Assembly (NCBI GenBank): GCA_963809485.1
Contig: CAWEJX010000021.1
Location: 96,001 to 160,000 of the forward strand
Length of the DNA stretch: 64,000 bases
From: an uncultured Acidobacteriota bacterium
GTDB lineage: Bacteria > Acidobacteriota > UBA6911
Direction: 5' to 3'
The notes under the pieces are model-generated. The model saw nothing but the letters and a program-made list of their open reading frames with translations, was not told the origin of the DNA and made no database searches. Each line of letters begins with the position of its first letter. Position 1 is the stretch's first letter. A program made the position numbers and the translations under genes. This document shows positions 56,607-64,000 of this stretch, piece by piece.

Positions 56607-57581
56607 ATGGCGATTGATGCCGCTATGCTCGAAGTTCTTCAATGTCCGGCATGCCGGGGATGCTTGAGTGAAATCCCGGACGGCCTTTTGTGCAATTCCT
56701 GCGCCAGGGAGTATTCCGTTTCCAGCGGCATCCCTGACATGACCTTCCTGGGAACCGGGACCTCCGATGACGATCTCAACCGCATACAGGCACTCCACGA
56801 ATCAGCGGTACACGACCAGATGGCTGAGTCGCTTTACGAGGAGCAGATTGTCCGGATCTATGGAACGAAGACGCGGTTGCTGGCTCAAAGCTGGGCGGAC
56901 AGAATCGCGAAAATGCCTCAACCGGTGCGAGTCCTGGACTACGGCTGCGGCACAGGCCAGATGAGCCGGATCCTCGGGCGATATTGCCGATCCTTGTTCG
57001 CCGTCGACATTTCGGCTGCCAGCGTGAAAAAGAACGTGGCCGATAACGGAGTGCTTGGCTGCGTCGCCAACGGACTCTACCTGCCGTTCAGGGACCATGC
57101 ATTCGATGTTGTCTGTCTGAGCGGAGTCCTGCACCATATCCTGGATCTGGCTCGGGCGGCCGGCGAGATCACACGTGTGTCCGGGTGTTATGTATTTGTT
57201 TCCGACATAATGCCGAACTCCAGTCCCGCCATCCGGAGAGCGTGGGATTACCCAGGGGCGCTTCCAAAGCTGCTCTATGGAGCCTGGGCTGTCCTGTGGC
57301 TGGCAAACGTCGCCGCACGAAAGCTTGGGAGAAAGGCACTGGCCGGGTTGGGGCTGCCGAAGTCTGCCAGGGCAGGAGTACCCAGCAGGTTTGAGAAACC
57401 GATTGCTGCCGGAGCGGCGGAGAAACTGTTTCTGGATAACGGCTTTATCAGGGATCGGCTGCGATACTGGACCAACCTGAGGGTACCGGGCGATCACATC
57501 CTGAAGCGATGGGCCACGCTGGCGCTGGTGAACGAGGCTATTGGAACGCATTTTGAATTTGTTTTCAGACGGAACCTTTAG
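56607..57581 (+). CDS. SAM methyltransferase with an N-terminal Trm112-like zinc ribbon
   Basis: LQCPACRG...CNSC...GIP; VLDYGCGTG; LPFRDHAFDVV; VLHH. Confidence 0.85.
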   Translation: MAIDAAMLEVLQCPACRGCLSEIPDGLLCNSCAREYSVSSGIPDMTFLGTGTSDDDLNRIQALHESAVHDQMAESLYEEQIVRIYGTKTRLLAQSWADRIAKMPQPVRVLDYGCGTGQMSRILGRYCRSLFAVDISAASVKKNVADNGVLGCVANGLYLPFRDHAFDVVCLSGVLHHILDLARAAGEITRVSGCYVFVSDIMPNSSPAIRRAWDYPGALPKLLYGAWAVLWLANVAARKLGRKALAGLGLPKSARAGVPSRFEKPIAAGAAEKLFLDNGFIRDRLRYWTNLRVPGDHILKRWATLALVNEAIGTHFEFVFRRNL

Positions 57582-57658
57582 GCGCTGCTGTCAGTGTATC
57601 TGTGCTAATCTCAAACAGACTGGTGACGCGGGTTGTACTTTGGGAATCGGGATGATGC

Positions 57659-58855
57659 ATGAAGACTAGGCCGGAAGCCAAAATGAACCTCGTTCTTTTT
57701 CTCAGCGCATTGGGATACGGAGGCCTCGGACGAATCATGTCGGACGTCTCATGCCGACTTCCGGAAAACGTCAACCAGACCATGGTGCTGCTAAAAGACA
57801 GGGTCATGTATCCCTATCGAGGCCGGCTGCGGATTCTGGGGAAAAACTGCCTCAAGCGTCTTCCTGTCAAAGGCCTGAGACTCCTCCTCAATGTCCTGAA
57901 ATTCCGAAAGCTGATCCGGGAAGTAAAACCTGACGCGGTCCTCTGCTTTAACCACGATGCGCGCGCCATCAATTTCCTGGCCAAGATGTCCCTCCCCTGG
58001 ATGCGCTATGGAACAACCATAGCCGCCCTCGGCATCGCGACGCAATACGAGAAATATTTCCCCGGATCGAGGAAACCCCTGCACCGGCTGCTGGTTTTTA
58101 TGCTTTTCAGGCATGCCGATAGAGTCATAGCAATTACAGAAGGGGTCAAATCCGATCTGGTTGCGGGTTTCAAGGTGGATTCGAGGAAGATCAAAGTCGT
58201 CTATGGAGCCGTGGATTTTCAAAAGTCGGCGGAACTGGCATCAGAACCTGTCGACCATCCCTGGTTTTCTCAGGATGTCCCCATCATCGTCTTATCGGGG
58301 CGGCTCGTTTTTGAGAAAAACCAATCCGATCTCATGAAAGCGTTTGCCATGGTAAGAAAACAAAAATCCTGCCGGCTTGCATTGATCGGCGACGGACCGG
58401 AGCAGAGCGCTCTCCAGACCCTGGCAGAAACCCTCGATATTTCGATGGACGTTCTCTTTCTGGGATACCAGGAAAATCCGTTCAAATTTGTTTCGAGGTC
58501 CAGCGTTTTTGCTTTCCCGTCGCTGTTTGAAGCCCAGGGCCTTGTTTTGATAGAAGCCATGGCAGTCGGCTGTCCCATCGTAGCCTATGATTGCCCCGTT
58601 GGCCCAAGAGAAATGCTGGCGCCGGGAACCGGCGGCTCAGTCTGCGGCGACAATATTGAGGAAGCCGCTTACGGACTTCTCGTAGAGACAGGAAATGTGG
58701 AGGCCTTTGCAAAAGCAATCCTGAGGCTGCTAGATGACGCCCAGTTAAGAGACAGATATTCCAGGCTGGGAGCAGAGAGGGCCAAACAGTTTGATCCTCA
58801 GGATATGGCGGATGGATATTTCCGGGTCCTGGCCGATTCCATCTCGCGGGTGTGA
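57659..58855 (+). CDS. GT4 glycosyltransferase
   Basis: GRLVFEKN, GYQENPF, PSLFEAQGLVLIEAM, DCPVGPRE. Confidence 0.9.
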   Translation: MKTRPEAKMNLVLFLSALGYGGLGRIMSDVSCRLPENVNQTMVLLKDRVMYPYRGRLRILGKNCLKRLPVKGLRLLLNVLKFRKLIREVKPDAVLCFNHDARAINFLAKMSLPWMRYGTTIAALGIATQYEKYFPGSRKPLHRLLVFMLFRHADRVIAITEGVKSDLVAGFKVDSRKIKVVYGAVDFQKSAELASEPVDHPWFSQDVPIIVLSGRLVFEKNQSDLMKAFAMVRKQKSCRLALIGDGPEQSALQTLAETLDISMDVLFLGYQENPFKFVSRSSVFAFPSLFEAQGLVLIEAMAVGCPIVAYDCPVGPREMLAPGTGGSVCGDNIEEAAYGLLVETGNVEAFAKAILRLLDDAQLRDRYSRLGAERAKQFDPQDMADGYFRVLADSISRV

Positions 58856-58979
58856 ATACCTGATGAGTAGGTTAGCTCTGCAGACATCCAGGCCAAATGG
58901 CCGGCTGTACGGTTCCCGGCGGTGAATTCTTATCCGCACAACCCTACGGTGGCTGATTTATGTGCATGACGCAGATATC

Positions 58980-59453
58980 ATGGATCAAGAACAAATGATT
59001 TTCTGGCAACGATTTTCCCGGACTTTTTTCCACACCGGGCCTCCCATGCGACCGTCGGCAGAGGACCTTGCCAATTGCTGGGATATTGCGAATGAATGGA
59101 TTGAAAAGCGAGGAGCGCCTCGAGTACTGCTGTTGGGAGTGACACCCGAGCTTTATAGCCTGCCCTGGCCCAAAGGTACCGACTTTCTGGCAGTAGATGG
59201 ATCCCAGGATATGATCGATGCGGTGTGGCCGGGGCCTGAAGATGCCATCCGGTGCAGTAATTGGCTTTCTCTGGATCTTCCCAGGGGATCGCGCGATATC
59301 GTGCTGCGTGATGGAGGTTTGCACCTGCTCAGATACCCGGAGGCACAGCATCAGCTTATCAGCATTTTCCGGCGCACACAGCCGCATTTGCAGCGATCTG
59401 CTCCGAGTGGGCCAAGGGAATTCGGGCCTATCTATAACCGGCCTTCCGCATAG
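58980..59453 (+). pseudogene. 3'-truncated methyltransferase of the same family as 54781-55689
   Basis: PPMRPS, LLLGVTPE, AVDGSQDMI, NWLSL, DIVLRDGG; similarity ends near 59370. Confidence 0.7.
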
Positions 59454-59506
59454 CCCCCTGAAACTCGATTCAGGGATTCGACAAACTCCGAGCATCTCCG
59501 AATGGG

Positions 59507-60346
59507 TTAGAGCATTTTGGGGCGAAAACGCCCCCAGACATATCCCAGCGCCGCCGCATAGCTGACAAGCGCTTTCAGCGGCTTAAAGCCCGGGCGCCAA
59601 CCGGATTCCGCGTAGGAGAAACCCAGGAATGCATGAGGCACAAGTGCGGCGCTGCGCAGCAGAAGGTAAAGCAGCGGCCGTTTTTCGAACGGCCGCGCAC
59701 GGAGCGGGTCGCGCATCACTGCCTGGGCATGGCCCAATCCATAGCGAAAGTGCTTTTGCAGAAGGGCCCGCAGGTCAGGAGGGGACGGGTGGTACACCCA
59801 TAGGTCCGGCACGAGCATCGCTGCATACCCTGCCCGGCCCAGGCGAATGAAAAACTCCGTATCCACACCCTGTATCAGCTTCTCGTCAAACCCTCCCATT
59901 TCGTCAAACAACGCCCGGCGCAGAGCGCAACATGTGGTGGTGATCGCGCAATAAAAGTAGTTTTCAGGACCGGGACGGCTTATCACGGGTGATTGCACGA
60001 CCTGATTTTCAATGCGGGCCACCTGGTTTGCGCTCCAGCGCTGAAAAGCACTGGAGTCCGGGGGGATCAGGCGCGAAGCCCCGGTAGCGCCGATCGCCGA
60101 TTCCGAGATCAGCGGCGCCGCCAGTTTTTCGATGAGCTGGGGCTGAAACGGGCGGGCGTCGTCATCCAGAAACACCAGGATTTCGCCGCTGGTTCGCGAG
60201 ACACCCACATTGCGCGCGCGCCCATTAGGCCGTACGCCGCGCACCACCTCAATTTCGCACGGCGGCAGGGTCTGAGAGTGAAGCACTTGCAGCACCTGGG
60301 GATCAGCATCGGATAATGTCGGTATGATCACGCTCACCCTGGCCAT
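59507..60346 (-). CDS. GT2 glycosyltransferase
   Basis: VSVIIPT, ARNVG, VFLDDD, GGFDE, VDTEF. Confidence 0.88.
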   Translation of the reverse strand: MARVSVIIPTLSDADPQVLQVLHSQTLPPCEIEVVRGVRPNGRARNVGVSRTSGEILVFLDDDARPFQPQLIEKLAAPLISESAIGATGASRLIPPDSSAFQRWSANQVARIENQVVQSPVISRPGPENYFYCAITTTCCALRRALFDEMGGFDEKLIQGVDTEFFIRLGRAGYAAMLVPDLWVYHPSPPDLRALLQKHFRYGLGHAQAVMRDPLRARPFEKRPLLYLLLRSAALVPHAFLGFSYAESGWRPGFKPLKALVSYAAALGYVWGRFRPKML

Positions 60347-60500
60347 AGATCGATCAACAAGAAACGGGGTCAAGAAATGGGGAGAAATGGGGTCGGACCA
60401 CGAAAAATGCCTGGTGACCGGAGAAGATGCTTATCTCGATATATATTTGTCGAATGAGCACACACCGTCCGGTCCCGATTCCAATCCCGATGCCGTATTC

Positions 60501-60986
60501 TCAGCCCGCAGCGGGCGGCTTCATGCGCATGTGGATCTCCGTGCCGCCCTTCTCGAAGCGGACTTCGTCCATCAGCTGATTGATGAGATAGATACCACGG
60601 CCGCCTGTCGCGAATATGTTCTGCCCGACGATGGGACTGGGGATGGATGCCGGATCGAATCCCGGTCCCGGATCGCGAATGACAATGAGCATGCCGCGTG
60701 CATGGTCGCACGCGACGCAGCATTGAATCTGCTTGGAGCGATCATTTGCGCTCCCATGCTTGATAGCATTGGCGAGGGCCTCCCACAACGCCACTTCAAT
60801 CTCGAACTCGCGGCCCGCCGCGCAGCCCATTTCATTGACGACAGCCATGATTTTTTCGATGAAGGGTCCGATCGTGCCGACGTCGCCCGGCAGAGTTTCG
60901 TCCAGTTTTACCAGAAGGTTGCTGCTGTCGAATTCACAATGGGTAAAGGGTTCGCTCGACATATCTGCTCTCTCGGTGTCGGTCAT
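60501..60986 (-). CDS. RsbW-like anti-sigma factor / HATPase_c protein
   Basis: EALANAIKHG, IRDPGPGFDP, GGRGIYLINQLMDEV. Confidence 0.88.
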   Translation of the reverse strand: MTDTERADMSSEPFTHCEFDSSNLLVKLDETLPGDVGTIGPFIEKIMAVVNEMGCAAGREFEIEVALWEALANAIKHGSANDRSKQIQCCVACDHARGMLIVIRDPGPGFDPASIPSPIVGQNIFATGGRGIYLINQLMDEVRFEKGGTEIHMRMKPPAAG

Positions 60987-61346
60987 GCGCCAAGAAGGCG
61001 AATCTCCGGATCATTGCCTGCCGGCCATGAGGCTGTTTTCAACCGCGATGCCTCAAAGCCTTAGAGTGTTGGCGGCTGAAAGCCATATCCTTCAGAACGC
61101 CTGGATTCAAAGATATCCCGAAGCACAGTCTCCAGTTTTTGCCCTCCTATATTAAGCCCTGGATCACAAAAAGGCACCGAATTTGCGTTCCTTTTTCCCA
61201 GTTCGGCCCCGTCATACCAAAAAACAGGACATCCTTTGGTAAAAAATGAGCTGTTTTGAAATCCATAATAGCTGGGTTGGGAGGACACGTTGACTTCCGT
61301 TTGGCGGACGCCGAGCCACGCTGAAACAATGTAAACCTATAAGTTT

Positions 61347-61444
61347 TTCAGCGTGCGCCGGCGTTTTTGTCGGCGTATGTCGGCGTTTAATGATCCTGGA
61401 ACTGCCAAACTCTGTGAGTCTCCCAGTAGAACTGGGGGATTGCC
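61347..61444 (-). mobile_element. IS200/IS605-like miniature element, copy 4 (left portion)
   Basis: Minus strand CCCCCAGTTCTACTGGGAGACTCACAGAGTTTGGCAGTTCCAGGATCATTAAACGCCGAC matches 589-680. Confidence 0.7.
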
Positions 61445-61489
61445 CGTTTATTTAGGGCTGGGACCGCTTCAGGATAGAGCGACCGCGTA

Positions 61490-63259
61490 TCAGCTTTCGG
61501 GCGCTTCATACGCCCCCCTGGCTTCCCCCGTGTCCGGGGCACCGCCGTACTGAAATGGAGCAGGTGCTTTGGAGCGCCACTTGTCGATGGAAGCCGACAC
61601 AGCATGGTCGAAGTCGGAAACCTTCCACAGCGGGCTCGTTTCCCCGCCCACTACGAGGATGCTGACCTTTTCCGGCCTGTGGTAAGGGGCGATAAGAGCA
61701 TCGCCGGGGATTTGCTTCCAGGCGGCGTATGGCTGCACGCCGCTCAGTGCAAGAGGCGCCACCAGCATGTCGATTATATCGTTGGCCCAGAATTGGCCTG
61801 CCGTCATCCGGACATTCTCGGAAATCCATCGACTGACATCGAGTTTGGCCTGAAACCCTTCGTTTTCCTTGAGATGCCGGGCCAGCATCGGGTCCAGAAT
61901 CAGGGTGGCACCGGAATAAAGCGCCGGGAGCGCCTGCATCTGTATTTTAATTTCTTCTCCCCAGGAGCGTTTGGCGGCGGCGCCGGTGCTGTTCAGAAGG
62001 TTCCATCCCCGGAAAAGGCTGACAACGCTTTCTTCCGGCTTGTGGCCTTTCTGCACGTGAAACGGCTCCCATACGCTGCGCTCTTCGTTCTCGGCCATGC
62101 AAAGGTTGTTGTAGGAATAGTTGTTGCCCTGGGATGTCCAGAAGGTTCTTTTGCGCCGGGCGTAACCCCACACGATGCTCATCAGCGTCCACGCCCGTCC
62201 GATAACTGCGTTGGCCTGGTTGTAGGGTCCCAGAGCTCCCATGCCGTAGTTCATGCCGATCTCATTGCGGATGGGCCCATTCACCAGCAGCGCGCTGGCG
62301 AAGGGCAGCGTCGAGGGTTGAATGGCGGGGTGGCCGGTCGATGCAATGGCGAGGAGGACGGGCAGATGCTCCGGCCGGGCACCGGCCATTACCGCGGCAA
62401 TAGCGACCGTCTCGACAGTGATTCGCAGATTTTCCTGTGTGTCGACCATGTACGGCTTGCCGACCAGCTTGTCCGGCGGCTGCGCGGTGCCGGTGAGCAT
62501 TTCCGCAACGCGTTCCTCCGTGGGCAGAATGATGGGCAAGCCGTCCGTCCATCCGCGCTCGAAAAAGAACCGCTGCAGGTTGTCTTCATTGTCCGCTTCG
62601 AGCGACCGCTTCCTGTGCGGGGGAACGGGATGTTTGATGGCAAGATTCCGGCTCTCTTCCTCAGTGTAGGGCCTGGTGAGTGCCTCCAGCACCTCGTCCA
62701 CAAGCCGCTTTCCCGTCACGGGGTCCTTGCCTTCGATATATCCGCGCAGCACGGACGGCGGCATGGATACCACCGGATGAGGCGTAAACATGAAGCGCAG
62801 CGGCACCCCGTAAAATTCCTTATCCTCCTGGGCCACGTTCTCGAAAGCAATGGTTGCAAGCGGAGCTGTGGGAACTCCATACTCCAGTTCAAGAGTTCGG
62901 CAACTGCCGGCGACCGCCGCTATGCATCCCGGTCAACCCGCCACGCCGAATATAACCGCATCGCCTTTTTCCCTAATCTCCGCCCACAAGTCCTTGGTGT
63001 CGTCCCTAAAAATGAATCCCGTCTTTCGCTTAATGACGGTTTTTACGGTCGGCATGTTTTCGGCAAACCATGCCTGGAATTGCTCCATGAAAAGGTCGCT
63101 TCCCCCGAAGCCCTGATTTACCAGGTACACGGTCTTGCCGCTCAGACTTTCCAGACGCGGCGCCATTTTCCACGACGGGGCGCCGGCGCCCGAACCCTCT
63201 GAAGCCGGCGTTCGCAAAGCTTCAGGATTTAAAACCGCAGTAAGCATTGGACTCGCCAT
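61490..63259 (-). CDS. Probable selenoprotein, UGSC-like family, 589 aa, Sec at residue 109 (G-U-P-G-C), no signal peptide
   Basis: ORFs 62933..63259 and 61490..62836 share a frame with a single TGA at 62933-62935: DAVIFGVAG-U-PGCIAAVAGSCRTLELEYGVP. Paralog of 1518-3299. Confidence 0.85.
62905..62926 (-). promoter_or_regulatory. Putative bacterial SECIS element
   Basis: UGC-AUAG-CGGC-[GGUC]-GCCG-GCA; the loop begins after 17 nt 3' of the UGA. Confidence 0.65.
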
Positions 63260-63398
63260 CAGACCTTGCTCCTTTCATCAAAAACAATGCCAGATCGTTT
63301 TTCCCTGCCCGGGAATAATAAAGTGTTTGGAACCCCGGAGGGCTACCGGGCGAACCTACTGTGACGCAGGACTTGCGCAGAAAACCGCCGGGCAGTTT

Positions 63399-63923
63399 CT
63401 ATTTTCCGGAATCGGCTTTCAGATCCTTCAACTTTTCCGCAACCCGCTGGGCGTCAAGTACAGGGTCGACATCCTTCTCGATCGCGCGAATCCGCAAATC
63501 AGGACCAATAACAAAGGTCCATCGTTTGGACATATTCACCACCGGCATTTTCGTTCCGTAAGCCTTGATGGCGTCGAGCCCGGGATCGGCCAGAAGGGTG
63601 AAGTTAAGATTGTGCTTCTTTTTGAAGTCCGCAAGCGCTTTCACGTCGTCGGCGCTTACCCCGAAGATTTCCGCTCCCAGGTTGCGGATCTTCGAGATAT
63701 TATCGCGAAAAGCGCAGGCCTGCTTGGTGCATCCCGGCGTATCCGCCTTGGGGTAAAAATACAGCACCGTCCATTGACCTTTGCGTGACTGCAGGTCGAA
63801 GATTGAACCCTTATCGGTCTTCAGTTTCACGCCTGGAGCCGGGTCGCCCACTTTCAGATCGGAAGCCAGCCCGGAACCCCAAAAGCTCAATAGAAAAAAC
63901 GCCATCATAGTCGCCTTTCCCAT
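63399..63923 (-). CDS. bcp: Peroxiredoxin BCP/PrxQ with a probable signal peptide
   Basis: VLYFYPKADTPGCTKQACAFRD, FTLLAD, RWTFVI; hydrophobic N-terminus. Confidence 0.9.
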   Translation of the reverse strand: MGKATMMAFFLLSFWGSGLASDLKVGDPAPGVKLKTDKGSIFDLQSRKGQWTVLYFYPKADTPGCTKQACAFRDNISKIRNLGAEIFGVSADDVKALADFKKKHNLNFTLLADPGLDAIKAYGTKMPVVNMSKRWTFVIGPDLRIRAIEKDVDPVLDAQRVAEKLKDLKADSGK

Positions 63924-64000
63924 TCTTCGAACCCCTTTGTTGTGTATTCCCAGCTGACTTATAACATCCGCTTTCCCGATCTACAACCTGTGCGCTCCCT

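Noticed and set aside
61604-63202. Long antisense ORFs (also 17635-18828, 19393-20613, 24983-26119, 40400-41467, 46126-47223)
   Set aside because: They are shadows of well-supported genes in GC-rich DNA and carry no motifs.

Overview
A GC-rich bacterial window, most consistent with Acidobacteriota (inferred from protein and repeat styles, not proven). Left to right: a signal-peptide-bearing UxxC protein whose ORF is split by an in-frame TGA, plus a secreted partner gene; a kdp locus with KdpD in three genes; housekeeping genes; a TetR-TolC-HlyD-2xABC efflux operon with no permease; an FAD 2-hydroxyacid dehydrogenase / polyferredoxin-MvhD / LarA / MetV / MetF operon; a complete alternative complex III plus A2-type heme-copper oxidase operon; a GH2 beta-galactosidase; a decayed mobile patch (two integrase remnants, an IS91-like fragment, HigBA, a tRNA-Gly att remnant); a sigma54-preceded PEP-CTERM gene; methyl- and glycosyltransferases; and a second TGA-split UxxC paralog downstream of a peroxiredoxin. 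The strongest hidden signal is the pair of ~590-aa paralogs. Each is broken by one in-frame TGA in a U-x-x-C context and followed by a stem-loop with the same GGUC loop exactly 17 nt downstream, so both are probable selenoproteins (UGSC-like) that the ORF track splits in two. Single-base frameshifts cluster at 1-12.8 kb and 26.3-30.2 kb and may be sequencing errors. All protein calls are by eye from motifs; no database searches were run.
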